DNA of 63,986 bases, counting the filler, from Barthelona sp. PAP020 (lineage: Eukaryota), in NCBI GenBank assembly GCA_040182905.1. It is 9 parts of 9 records of this genome, joined end to end, with 100 filler letters (N's around TTAATTAATTAA, not from the genome) between each part and the next. Parts side by side here need not be neighbours in the genome. Positions count along the whole stretch, not along the records: positions 37,023 to 44,255 come from JARQWU010000502.1; positions 44,356 to 51,570 come from JARQWU010000503.1; positions 51,671 to 58,884 come from JARQWU010000504.1; 6 more parts are not named here. The stretch is one strand, 5' to 3'. How positions within the stretch are numbered: position 1 is the first letter of the stretch; every line of letters begins with the position of its first letter. The notes under the pieces are model-generated. The model worked only from the letters and a program-made list of their open reading frames with translations. It did not search any database and was not told the DNA's origin. The position numbers and the translations under genes were made by a program. This document shows, piece after piece, positions 41,751 to 52,541 of this stretch.

Positions 41751-41868
41751 TCGAAATGATAAAAACCAAACAATGGATATAAGAAAAAAGAAAACTGATA
41801 TTTATACACATACAACAATACCACAAGCAAACAGATTATATTGTGAATAAACTACGAATAATTTTGGT

Positions 41869-42261
41869 TTATTGATTGAGTTTTTCACGCATTGTAAGGG
41901 CAACTTCATTGAAATCACAACTATTTTTTGGAAGATGAGGGAATGGGAAACTCCAATTTTCATCGAGTCTTGGAATTATGTGTACATGAACATGAGGTAC
42001 TTCTTGACCAGCATTAGGACCCCCATTAAGAATAATATTATAGTCTTTTCCCAAAATGGAACAAATTTTTTGTACTGCATCCATTAAATCATGTAATTCA
42101 TTGGAAGGAAGATCATGTAAGTGCATTGTTTCTCTTTTTGACACAACTAAAGTGTGTCCAACAGAAACGGGGTTAATATCCAGAAACGCAAAAGAATGTT
42201 CAGTTTCATAAACTTTTGCACAGGGGATATCTCCATTGATTATTTTTGTAAAAATTGACAT
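41869..42261 (-). CDS. HINT1: HIT-family nucleotide hydrolase (HINT)
   Basis: SIFTKIINGDIP, AFLDINP..GHTLVV, AGQEVPHVHVHIIPR histidine triad. Confidence 0.93.
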   Translation of the reverse strand: MSIFTKIINGDIPCAKVYETEHSFAFLDINPVSVGHTLVVSKRETMHLHDLPSNELHDLMDAVQKICSILGKDYNIILNGGPNAGQEVPHVHVHIIPRLDENWSFPFPHLPKNSCDFNEVALTMREKLNQ

Positions 42262-42427
42262 GCTTTTTCGATAACAATTAAAAAAAAAAGGAATAAGATG
42301 TTTTTGATTTGATCAAATTTTTCTTTTGTTGCAATTTGGCAAATATCAAAGGTGAAATGAATGGATTAAAAGGAAAAAAAGAAATTTAAAAATCCAAAGT
42401 CTTTTTATTGACAATCAATCACATTTC

Positions 42428-43906
42428 ATGTCTGATACTTTGTCCATATACACTGATATATCTTCTCGTTCTATTGCCCATGGAGATTCTGCGGCTAAAG
42501 CTGCTTTAAGGGAAATCTTTCATCAAAAGCGTCATGAAATTCGAAGGAAATGCAAGAACATAGATATTAAAAAAACAGGATTAATTCCTTTTTGTGATTT
42601 TATGAAAATAATTGATGAAATGAATTGTGAAATATTTAGTGCCGACTTAAAACTTGCAAAAGATTATTTTTTCTTTGAAGAAGGAAAATTTGTTAGTTGG
42701 GATTCTTTAACAAGGAATTTCTCATTTCAATTTCGTCATGGGTCTACCATAAGTCCAACAGATCAAGATTTATTATTGAGAATTGCAACACCAAAGAACA
42801 CTATTTCAGACACATTATCAAATTTCAGCATTAATAACCGTAGAGAGGATGAGGTTGATTCAGTTTTTAGTATTTCTTTGCAAAACGATGAGAAATATTT
42901 AAGTCCTATTGCTGAAACATCCAGACCTGTGTCTTCCAATTTTAAGTCTGAATATACTTCTCGATTTTCTCCCAGTGGACTTAATTTTCATAAAAGACCT
43001 GATTCTGCATCATATCCTGGTCCTTTAGGTTCCTCTTTTATTGATCAACCTTTTGCTGTTGATTTTGAGGATAATTCGGAGATGTTGTTAAGGAAACGTA
43101 TTTTGAACAAGATTGATAATTTTGAAAAACAATTAAAGCAAGCTGATATCACAAACAGGGGTGTTGTTGAATTGAGAGTGTTCCTATCATTATTAAGAGT
43201 CTTCAACATTCATTATTCAGCTTCAGAATTGAAAGCCATCCGTCAGAATTGTATAGTAACAGATTTAGCATATTATAATGAAGAGTTTGAACGTATTCAA
43301 GATTTAGGTGAATTAGCCAATGATGGCCAATTGTTGCTAAAATATAATAAATTTATGCGCTCTTGTTGCCCTCCAAAAGACCTTTTGGAAGATCAAGAGT
43401 ATGATTTACACATGGATGAGAAAATTTGGAGACAAATTGAACGTTGGGGAGAGATGGTTTCTAGTCCAAAGAAAACTTCTCGATTATCAACATCTCAAAG
43501 AATTGAACAAGCTACCTCTCCACGTTTCGAAGAGTCTTTCACTAACAGTGATCCTTATGCCAATCCTTTATTAGGAAAAGCAGCTTTAGGAAAATCTAAA
43601 AAATTCTTCAATGAAATACCAATTATTAATGGACAAATAAAGCCAGCTGGGATGGTTTCTAAACCGGATAATATTGATATCAGGCAATTGTTATCTTTGA
43701 GCTTCAGAGATGATGATGGATATTATGAGAATTCTTCAATTTATAGGATGGCTCCTAGAAAATTGACTCCAATTAGAACAACAAAGTCAAGCAGATTGAA
43801 AAAGACCTCATCAAAGAATAAAATATCTGCCAAAAATTCAACCAACACTTCAGGAACGCGAAGACCACACACTCCCAAAACATTTGCTCAAAGGAATAAA
43901 GTTTGA
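42428..43906 (+). CDS. Hypothetical protein with degenerate EF-hand pairs
   Basis: DIKKTGLIPFCDF and DITNRGVVELRVF EF-hand-like loops; basic Ser/Thr-rich tail. Confidence 0.6.
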   Translation: MSDTLSIYTDISSRSIAHGDSAAKAALREIFHQKRHEIRRKCKNIDIKKTGLIPFCDFMKIIDEMNCEIFSADLKLAKDYFFFEEGKFVSWDSLTRNFSFQFRHGSTISPTDQDLLLRIATPKNTISDTLSNFSINNRREDEVDSVFSISLQNDEKYLSPIAETSRPVSSNFKSEYTSRFSPSGLNFHKRPDSASYPGPLGSSFIDQPFAVDFEDNSEMLLRKRILNKIDNFEKQLKQADITNRGVVELRVFLSLLRVFNIHYSASELKAIRQNCIVTDLAYYNEEFERIQDLGELANDGQLLLKYNKFMRSCCPPKDLLEDQEYDLHMDEKIWRQIERWGEMVSSPKKTSRLSTSQRIEQATSPRFEESFTNSDPYANPLLGKAALGKSKKFFNEIPIINGQIKPAGMVSKPDNIDIRQLLSLSFRDDDGYYENSSIYRMAPRKLTPIRTTKSSRLKKTSSKNKISAKNSTNTSGTRRPHTPKTFAQRNKV

Positions 43907-44032
43907 GTACTGTAAAGTTGTAAATTGAAAGAAATCATTTCTTTTTTTTAGATCTTTTTAATATTGGGCAAAAACTTTTTTCAAAAAAAAAAGGGTTGAG
44001 ATCAGTTTATTTCAACACTTAAACGAATGAAC

Positions 44033-44255
44033 TTAGTCAACAAGTTCAAGATCTTCAGTGTCTAAATCAGCAATGTTCTCTTCAACAGTGCTTGATTCAG
44101 TGACTTCAACGGGTTGATCGATGGAAACATCTTCATAAGCATATTGGAGCATCTTGAAGATCTTAGTACCATATTGTTGAGGTTCATCAAGAGAGAAACC
44201 AGAAGTTAACAAAGAAGTTTGATACAACAAATCAGATAAGTCCTTGAGTCCAGTT
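44033..44255 (-). CDS. HSP90: Cytosolic-type HSP90, C-terminal fragment
   Basis: LKDLSDLLYQTSLLTSGFSLDEPQQYGTKIFKML..DLELVD*. Confidence 0.88.
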
Positions 44256-44355
44256 NNNNNNNNNNNNNNNNNNNNNNNNNNNNNNNNNNNNNNNNNNNNT
44301 TAATTAATTAANNNNNNNNNNNNNNNNNNNNNNNNNNNNNNNNNNNNNNNNNNNN
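44256..44355. other. Artificial contig-joining linker
   Basis: N44-TTAATTAATTAA-N44. Confidence 0.98.
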
Positions 44356-44631
44356 ATAGTACAAATAATCAGAAGGCTTTGTAGTCAATTTATTTGCCAA
44401 TTCTTCTTTATAATTCATTAAATCTTCCATATAAACTTTTAAGTAATATTTTTGCTGCTGTAAATTATTGGTAACTTGTTCTCTATATATATAATCATTT
44501 GAATATTGATAATTCTTTAAAAAATTTTCGAAATCATCAATTGCCATTTGCTCCTCGGTTTCCTCATTATCAATTGCAGGACGAAATATGGGCTCAATTC
44601 CTGCTTCAATTGGTTGAGGTTCAAAGTTCAT
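44356..44631 (-). CDS. MCM5: DNA replication licensing factor MCM5, N-terminal fragment
   Basis: FENFLKNY..YIYREQV..KYYLKVYMEDLMNYKEELANKL..KPSDYL matches the MCM5 N-terminus. Confidence 0.8.
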
Positions 44632-44806
44632 AACACCAAATCAAGAAAAAAAAGAGTTTATTTCAATTTTTATTTAAATCTTGGACAGCAATATCACTTC
44701 AAACACTTTTCAACAAAATAAAAAACAAATAAAAAACATGCGATTTTTATTAATTGGAAGATAAAATGAATGTTTTCCCCTTATTTATACAAAAAAAAAA
44801 AAAAAA

Positions 44807-46198
44807 TCAAGAAAGATTTTTCAAGGTTCTAACGGAGAAATCGGCTACTTTTTGCACAACTGAAGCATCTAGATCCACTCTAGGGTCATGTGATATAACT
44901 TTGTACCTAACTCCTAATTCTTTCGAATTTAACATGTGATTAATCAGAGGTTTAAAAGCCATGATAACAGAGTTTATTTGTTCATCATTATCATAAGGAT
45001 GTTGTAATAAATCAGACATATCTGTGCTTTCATCAACAAAAACAACTCCACCAGAATGAGTAAAACGTCTGGATAAAGCAATTTCTTCTGCTTTTTCATG
45101 ATCAACCATTATAATTCTAGGGGGTTGAACATGACTTTCCGATTCATCGATGATTTGTTCCATTTCAAGTAAATCATCAACATTTCGAGGAAATCCAACA
45201 ACAACAGCACCATTGTTTCTGTAGGTGTCTTCGTGCAATTTCATGAAAATGGCTTCAGCCATCGAAAATTCAGTATGATCTTTTAAATCAAATTCATGCT
45301 CGATTTGGGAAACTGATATATAGGGTAAATTTTCTCTTTCAGCAAAAAGATAGGCAACATGGGACATAACTGCATCAACACCTGTAACAAACAAAACAAC
45401 AGGCATTCTAGGTGCAATATTAGCATTTCTTCCCTTTGTTCTCAAAGCAGAAGCTACATCACGGAAAACAGTATCAGCAGGATGCTCTGCACTGATATTA
45501 AACATGATATTCTTGAATAACCCCATAACCCCATTGGCAGAACGATGATAGACCTTCAACCTGGTTTCCATTTTTTCAACAGTATCATCACTACGTACAA
45601 TTAATCGAGATTCAATTTCTTTAGGAGGTGGATTAAATTCAACGTGATATATGGCACCAGTTTCAGGATCTAAACGTCTCCCACAAGCTCTTCTAATAAC
45701 TTCTTTATCAGGAACATCCAATTTAATTAAATGTGTTGGTGATATCTTATGTTTCCTAAGCCAAAGTGCTTGAGTTCTCTTTCGTGGAAAACCATCCAAC
45801 AACCATCCTTGTTTTTGACAATCTTCCCGCATTATTCTATCATACAACAAAGAACAAACAATATCATCAGGAACCAAAAGTCCTTGTGATATCAAAGAAT
45901 CAATATGTTTTCCTCTTTCAGTTTTACTATCAACTTCAGCTCTTAATAAATCACCGGTAGATATGTGAACCAAACCAAATTGTTTTACAATCATTTTGCA
46001 TTGAGTACCTTTCCCACTGGCAGGTGGTCCAAATACAATGACTTTCAGTGTTTCAGGCTTTGATAAACGTTGTCTCAAATATTCCAAAGGATCGTCCGGC
46101 TGATTCAAGGAGATTTCTGAAAACAATTCACGAACAAATGCATAAAGTCCAGATTTTTCCGCAAAATTATCGTGTGATTCAAATAAATCAGATGACAT
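44807..46198 (-). CDS. AK8: Tandem adenylate kinase with N-terminal RIIa/Dpy-30-like docking motif (AK8-like, flagellar)
   Basis: LNQPDDPLEYL; GPPASGKGTQC, HISTGDLLR, GWLLDGFPR, GRRLDPETG..YH, RSDD; second degenerate AK domain (VVVGFPR); likely ATG 46198. Confidence 0.75.
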   Translation of the reverse strand: MSSDLFESHDNFAEKSGLYAFVRELFSEISLNQPDDPLEYLRQRLSKPETLKVIVFGPPASGKGTQCKMIVKQFGLVHISTGDLLRAEVDSKTERGKHIDSLISQGLLVPDDIVCSLLYDRIMREDCQKQGWLLDGFPRKRTQALWLRKHKISPTHLIKLDVPDKEVIRRACGRRLDPETGAIYHVEFNPPPKEIESRLIVRSDDTVEKMETRLKVYHRSANGVMGLFKNIMFNISAEHPADTVFRDVASALRTKGRNANIAPRMPVVLFVTGVDAVMSHVAYLFAERENLPYISVSQIEHEFDLKDHTEFSMAEAIFMKLHEDTYRNNGAVVVGFPRNVDDLLEMEQIIDESESHVQPPRIIMVDHEKAEEIALSRRFTHSGGVVFVDESTDMSDLLQHPYDNDEQINSVIMAFKPLINHMLNSKELGVRYKVISHDPRVDLDASVVQKVADFSVRTLKNLS

Positions 46199-46862
46199 TG
46201 AATTGTAAATACGTACAAAAAGAACAATAAGAATCAAATTGATTTGGCTTTATTTTACACTTCCTTTTTCAGAGATGATCTCTCTTCTATCCCCATAATG
46301 AGACATTATATTTGCAAATTATTATTAAATTAAGGTTTTTCAAAAAATTTATTTTCATCAACAATTTGTTAAATTGAAAATTTCGGCAATTTATTCATCA
46401 AATAAGGTTAAATGCTGCTTATTTTTGTCTAATTAAATAAATATGAACAAATTTAAAGATTTATAACAGCCCAAATTGAGTGCAACTTTTGGAGTTTTCA
46501 ATCAATTAGATTTTTTTTGGCTAAAAGTCAACCAAAATGTAGATTAAAGCTTTTTTTTTTGTGTTTTAAAGAAAATTACAAATAAATAAAAATGTTTTTA
46601 ATATTTTTTGTTGTTTGGTTATCTGATTTATAAAACAAAACTGTTATTAAAAATAAATTGATCATTGAAAAGGTATTTATTTAAAAATTAGAAGAAACTG
46701 AATCAAGCAAAAAAATGACCTCACCATTTTATCCTTTCCCATAAAAACGAGAAAATATCTTAACAACAAACTTTATATTTTCACGTGGATTTTTATCATT
46801 TAATGTTTGATATCAACCACATTTTTAAAAGAAAATTTCTCAAATATTTTTTTTATGAACAA

Positions 46863-48767
46863 ATGGAGAAATGGCGTCATATTGTAATAAGTAATTTCCA
46901 AACGCAAATTAATGAGAATCCAATATTTTCAAAATATATTTTAAATGAGTGTGAAAGTGTTAAGAATGTCAATTTTTTAATACCGTCTTTGGTACTATTT
47001 CAACAATATCATTTTGATGAAAATGAAAGAGATTATTTTAAAGATGTAATCGATTTTATCATTAGACAAATGGAAACTAATATTGATAATTTGTTGATAA
47101 TACCATTATGTTTAACTACATTAGGAAATTTTATTGAGAATCAAAATGTTCAAATGGATGAAATCATTGATTCATTGCGAACATTGATGGAATTTCAAAA
47201 AATTACTTTTAATAAGATCTGTTTGTTTTCTTTTGATAACTTTTGGAAGAAATTATCTGATATATATTCTACTACTTCATTGGTGTCTTTAGATGCAACC
47301 ATTAGTATTAAGAATCAACCTACTTTTGATCCCATCTCATTAATTGAATCAAAAAACATCAAATATAGTTTATTGCCTCTCGTATTATCGGTTCCAGTGC
47401 TTACATCTTCGAATTGGAAATTACCAAGATTTCTGTTGCCGGACACATTTACGAAGACATCGCATGTATTGTTGCTTTTGAAACACGATTTGAAATATTT
47501 CAAAGAAGATGATAGATTGTTGCTTTTCTTGTCTCCTACCATTTTAGTATATCACAATGAGATTTTCCCGGAGATTTTATATTTATTGCTTAAAATTGAA
47601 AAGTTTCGTTTTAAAATTGGACGATTTTTTGAGAGTTTATTGAATGGTGTTGAATATAGTGAAAATTTGGTTGATATTCTTGTGAGGTTTCTTGAATATG
47701 TTGAAATGGAATCTAAACAAATGTTACTTGAAGATTTCAATGTTTTGATAGAAATTTTGGAAATATTTGGAACAATTTTGGCAAGAGCATCCACTTCTTT
47801 AGCAAAACGACTTGTTGTTTTTGCTAACAATTTAAGTTATTTTTTTGAATATTCCAAAAAATTATTAAGGCTTTTCACTTCTTTTTTGAAAGTTTTAGAG
47901 CCAAATGATTTGTTTGAAGAAGATTGTTATCACATTTTTAACACGATTCACCGAATTTTAAGCTTTGCAGAAAAAAATGAAATTGTTTTGGTTCATGATT
48001 GCTTATCAGTTTTGATGAAATTTACACGACATACTTCTGAAAATGTATCTATTCGAGCAAAAAAGTTGTTTGATGAATTATTTTCAAAATATTCAACCAT
48101 TTCTTTCCAATCTATGAATTTATCTCCTATATTCTTTCATCAAAATGATGATGATTTCCAAATCAATTTTGAAACCAATGATAAAGACAAAATATGGACA
48201 TTAAATGTAAGATGCAAGCAAAAATATTTCGGTGCTAGGTTATTCTTAAATGAGGAAAAACAAATAGACTTAGCAAAACTTTGCCACGATACTGAGCAGA
48301 GAATTGATGTCAAATGTTTTATCAACACACCAATTCCACAAATAATCAATGTTAGGATCAAATTTTGGGCCAATAATCAAATCGTTATTAAAAATCAAAA
48401 GTTGAAGATAAATCTTCCCATTTTATTGAATTATCATCAAAACTTTAATAAAAATGTTCAATTTATTGAAAAACTTTTGAAAACTTTTGATTCTGTTAAA
48501 TGTTATTGTGAACTTAATAAATGGCTAGAAATAAAAGAACAATTTGCTATTGACAATATTATTGAAGATATTTACATTTTCGGTAAACTTCCTTCAAAAC
48601 TTTTGAAAAATGATAGCATGAATGATTTTAAAAATCGAAATGATAACTGTTATTGTATTTTTAAATATCTTTCAGAAGATGAGGCCTTTATTTTTGGTTG
48701 TAACCATCCCGCTTATTCAAAACGTCTATTCTTTGTTTTAAATGAAGAATTTAATGTCTTTGAATAA
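46863..48767 (+). CDS. Alpha-solenoid plus appendage protein, possible AP-5 large subunit
   Basis: Helical-repeat trunk ending ENVSIRAKKL, then beta-rich segment INTPIPQIINVRIKF reminiscent of AP5B1; identity uncertain, ORF itself solid. Confidence 0.4.
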   Translation: MEKWRHIVISNFQTQINENPIFSKYILNECESVKNVNFLIPSLVLFQQYHFDENERDYFKDVIDFIIRQMETNIDNLLIIPLCLTTLGNFIENQNVQMDEIIDSLRTLMEFQKITFNKICLFSFDNFWKKLSDIYSTTSLVSLDATISIKNQPTFDPISLIESKNIKYSLLPLVLSVPVLTSSNWKLPRFLLPDTFTKTSHVLLLLKHDLKYFKEDDRLLLFLSPTILVYHNEIFPEILYLLLKIEKFRFKIGRFFESLLNGVEYSENLVDILVRFLEYVEMESKQMLLEDFNVLIEILEIFGTILARASTSLAKRLVVFANNLSYFFEYSKKLLRLFTSFLKVLEPNDLFEEDCYHIFNTIHRILSFAEKNEIVLVHDCLSVLMKFTRHTSENVSIRAKKLFDELFSKYSTISFQSMNLSPIFFHQNDDDFQINFETNDKDKIWTLNVRCKQKYFGARLFLNEEKQIDLAKLCHDTEQRIDVKCFINTPIPQIINVRIKFWANNQIVIKNQKLKINLPILLNYHQNFNKNVQFIEKLLKTFDSVKCYCELNKWLEIKEQFAIDNIIEDIYIFGKLPSKLLKNDSMNDFKNRNDNCYCIFKYLSEDEAFIFGCNHPAYSKRLFFVLNEEFNVFE

Positions 48768-48979
48768 TTTTTTTTTGATTTTTTTGTGTATATAATATAA
48801 ATATCAATCTTTTTTGATGTTATTTTTTTGTTGTGAAGTGATTTCTCCTTTGTTTAATGATGAATAAAATCTTTTTCAAACGATATGACATTTGCAAACA
48901 CGAAAAAAGAAGACATTTTTTACAGTCAAAAAAATTTCTTTTTTTCCATTTAAAAAAATGATATTGTTCTTATTCGAAT

Positions 48980-49957
48980 ATGAAAACATTTGAAGAAGTT
49001 AAAGCAATAGTTGAATTGGCCATAAAAGCTGATGAATCAAATGATTATGAAAGTGCTGCTATATTATATTACGAAGCTTTAAGAAAATTAAAAGCGTCAT
49101 TTACTGAATGTAGTATAAATCATAAATTACAATTGATTACATATATTTCAATATATATTGAACGATATGTAAAATTAAGAACTTTAATTGCAGAAGAGAT
49201 AAAAAATAGAACTATTTTTCCAGCTGGTTTCGATGTAACCTTTAATCCTAATCGTATTGTTGATAAAGATACAATTTCAGTTGATTGTGAAAAGTCTGTT
49301 CACGTTAATTCCAAAAAGTTGTGTGAAAATGTATCAAATTCTTTGTTTGAACCAACTTTTTTGACTCCCAATATTTACTTAATGCCTGAAATGTGGTATA
49401 ATACCACCTTAAACATTAATCATTTGTATTTAAAAACCAATTATTTTGAAAAGATTATTGAAGAAACTGGAAATTTGATTAGTGAGTTTTTATTTTTTTT
49501 GAAAACGAAAAATTGGAAATTTCAAACAGTACACAAGTTATTGACTGAGTTTTTAATTACAATATCTGAAGCACATCAAGATATATTGGATATTGAGGGT
49601 ATTCCACCCATGCATGAGAAAGAGATTACAAAGAAAAAAACTTTTTTTTCAAATGTTTTACAAAGTAGTAAGAACACATTGAATTCCATTACAAAACACA
49701 AGACCAGTATTGATTATTTGATTTGCATAGCAAAAATTCCATATTTTCTTAATAGCTTCAAAAATCTTTTACATTATTTGCCAAATGATATATCTTCAGA
49801 AGTGATCATTCTATTACACGATATTTCAACGATTCTAACTGCAAATTTGACAAAAATGTTCATTTTTGATGTGAAACATATAATCAACCATTATTTAGAC
49901 AATTCCAAACAATGTATCATTAATTTAACTCCTCTTGGTTTTCCCCAAGATTCTTGA
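48980..49957 (+). CDS. MIT-domain protein
   Basis: N-terminal AIVELAIKADESNDYESAAILYYEAL..YIERYVKL MIT signature. Confidence 0.75.
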   Translation: MKTFEEVKAIVELAIKADESNDYESAAILYYEALRKLKASFTECSINHKLQLITYISIYIERYVKLRTLIAEEIKNRTIFPAGFDVTFNPNRIVDKDTISVDCEKSVHVNSKKLCENVSNSLFEPTFLTPNIYLMPEMWYNTTLNINHLYLKTNYFEKIIEETGNLISEFLFFLKTKNWKFQTVHKLLTEFLITISEAHQDILDIEGIPPMHEKEITKKKTFFSNVLQSSKNTLNSITKHKTSIDYLICIAKIPYFLNSFKNLLHYLPNDISSEVIILLHDISTILTANLTKMFIFDVKHIINHYLDNSKQCIINLTPLGFPQDS

Positions 49958-49993
49958 ATGGCAAAAAAATAAAAGTTTGACGTGTTTTTGTTT

Positions 49994-50392
49994 TTATAAT
50001 TTATTTAATCTATTTGTAGCAACTCTAATGTTCTGATCTGCCAATTTTTTCTCATTATCAGCTTGAAAATCATATGTACAACTGTGTTCATCAGGATATC
50101 TGTGAACGGAACAAAAAGCTCTTCCACAATGACATTTAAAGCCAAAATATCCAACTTTTTTTCCACAAACAGCACAATGTGACAAATCAATTGGATTATC
50201 CACAATTTTTTTATTTTCAACTTCATTATTTTCTTTAATATTGGATACAGTAAAAAAATCTGGATTCATTGCAATCATTTCTTTGTAACAAACTGAACAA
50301 TATCCATTCGTTTGAGGACTACCATAAAATTGTTGACACTTTAAACATAAATGAGGCTGTTTGCTTTCAACAGGCGTAATTTCTGAAGCCAT
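49994..50392 (-). CDS. A20/AN1 zinc-finger protein (ZFAND5/6, SAP-like)
   Basis: A20 finger LCLKCQQFYGSPQTNGYCSVCYK; AN1 finger CAVCGKKVG..GFKCHCG..FCSVHRYPDEHSCTYDF. Confidence 0.92.
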   Translation of the reverse strand: MASEITPVESKQPHLCLKCQQFYGSPQTNGYCSVCYKEMIAMNPDFFTVSNIKENNEVENKKIVDNPIDLSHCAVCGKKVGYFGFKCHCGRAFCSVHRYPDEHSCTYDFQADNEKKLADQNIRVATNRLNKL

Positions 50393-50850
50393 TTTAATAA
50401 ATATCGGTCTCAATTTCTATAAAAAAAATTTCTTTCATTCAAGTTTGATTGATTATGAACCTTTTGTTGATATCATTCATTTTTGGTTCTCTTGAGAAAA
50501 CTTTTATTTTATTTACAATTAATATGGTTATGCTCTCTAACATAAATCAATATCCAAAAAGGGTTTCAACCTTTTCAAACACAATTGCTTCAATTATTCT
50601 GAGAGTATTTCTTTCTACTTTTTCTGAGACAGTTTGTTGTTATTCAAGAAGCAATTACATTTTTTGAATTTGTAATGGAGCAATATTTTTTTTTTTGTTC
50701 CCCTCAATGAATGAATTAAAAACCCCCATAATGCCTATTTGGTAATTTTATTTTATTTTGTAAAACTTATACGGGAAATAAATTTGCATAATCCAAATTC
50801 AAATTTTTTTTATTTGTTTTAAATGAATGAATTTTAAAAATCTAATTTAA

Positions 50851-51570
50851 ATGCCTTCTCATCCTACCAAAACCACACATTTACCTTTACTCAAGTTAAA
50901 TAATGTGAAACCTCCATCATTTCCACCTGAAGGAAATATTAGGCCCACTAATGTTCGAAAGAACAATTTTAACTCGATTAATATGCCACAAACACAACGT
51001 AATACTGTCAAATTTCCAAATCGTAGCATGTATGGAGGATCTTTGACTTCACGTCCTACAAATAACAAAAATAATAATAATAATGTAGCTAAAGATCTTT
51101 TACGACAACTAAGAATAAATGATAGCAATAAAAGTTCCCCCAAACCAAATCATGATTCAATTAAAAGTCGACCGAGTACTCAATCAAGCAGCAATACAAC
51201 AACTTGTGAATCTAATTCAGATGTACCTTTGTCACCTCATGTTGTTCTGCGAAAGTATGGAAATATGTTAACAGCGTATGAAAAAATTGAAATTTTAGAC
51301 TATGAGCATGTATATTATTTTGGCACTGTTGGAAGTAAACACCATGGACCTAAAGGCGATCAATTTGATGATGATCGAGGAGATTATCAAATTGAGATTC
51401 AAGACCACATTGGATACAAGTATGAAGTGTTAGCATCGTTTGGAAAAGGGTCTTTTGGAAAGGTTATGAAGTGTTTTGACCATTCTACTGGCGCTACAGT
51501 TGCTTTGAAAATGGTTAGAAACAAAAAAAGATTTTATCACCAATCTCTGGTTGAAACTCGAATTTTAGAA
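50851..51570 (+). CDS. DYRK class-2 protein kinase, N-terminal fragment
   Basis: NAPA LTAYEKIEILDY..YYFG, DH box FDDDRGDY..DHIGYKYEV, GKGSFGKV, VALKMVRNKKRF. Confidence 0.9.
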
Positions 51571-51670
51571 NNNNNNNNNNNNNNNNNNNNNNNNNNNNNN
51601 NNNNNNNNNNNNNNTTAATTAATTAANNNNNNNNNNNNNNNNNNNNNNNNNNNNNNNNNNNNNNNNNNNN
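51571..51670. other. Artificial contig-joining linker
   Basis: N44-TTAATTAATTAA-N44. Confidence 0.98.
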
Positions 51671-51776
51671 TTCTAATGGTATATTGATTTTTTGTAATTT
51701 CTGCAGCAACTTCGTTAACTTCTTTAATTAATCTTTCTGATTCCTGTTGTTCAGGTGTTAATTTTTGATCAGACAT
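51671..51776 (-). CDS. N-terminal fragment of an unidentified protein (truncated by linker)
   Basis: MSDQKLTPEQQESERLIKEVNEVAAEITKNQYTIR open to the contig end. Confidence 0.55.
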
Positions 51777-52118
51777 TGAAAAAAAAAAGAAAATAACTGA
51801 AAATGCCCTTTTGTTTAGAGGTCTTGTTTCTATAGTTTTATGAATATCAAAATATGAGTTGCAAAAATTCGTGTTTTCAGTTCTTAAAATAAAGCTATGA
51901 TGGTCAAAAGGTGGTTACCAATGTTTAGTCTCTTTTGTCAAAAATTGCGGTTTGGGACAGTAACAGAAATGATGAAAGTCCTTTAATTATCTTTTACAAA
52001 TCAAGATTTCAAAAAGCAACCACTGGATAATAAAAAACAGCCTTGAAAAAGAAAAAACTTTTCATCTTTGGTGACAAATAAAAGCAAAGTTGATAATAAA
52101 CACTTTCAATATAACAAA

Positions 52119-52421
52119 AATTGGTCAGTTATGAAACAACTACATCTATTTACAGAAAGAAAAGTGAAAAAACTCATTTTAGCAAATTTCAAACACGATA
52201 CTTGTGGAAAATAAAGTGCTCAAATTCCATGTTGATGGTCAAGTATGAAAATTTGGAAAATCTTTCCTGTCCCTATTTTGCAGTTCTACAAAAGCAAAAT
52301 TTTGTTTAACTTTCATTTTGGAGAAATTTAAAGTGCTAACAAATCAACTGGGCTCAAACTGAATTGTGCATAATTTCGGTTAAAACATTCAAAATCACAT
52401 TGCCTCTTAGCTTGGAAACAA
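52119..52421 (+). repeat. Dispersed repeat module B, diverged full-length copy
   Basis: aattggtcagttatgaaacaactacatctatttaca..caagtatgaaaatttggaaaa..caaaagcaaaatttt..cttagcttggaaacaa. Confidence 0.8.
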
Positions 52422-52541
52422 TTTAATGAATGCTAGCCATTCTTTTTTTGCCCATAATTTTTAGAAATTTTTTGTCACACAGAAACTTAGGTTCTCCAGA
52501 AATCTATTAGAATCAAAATGACATAAAAGTATTGATTTTCA

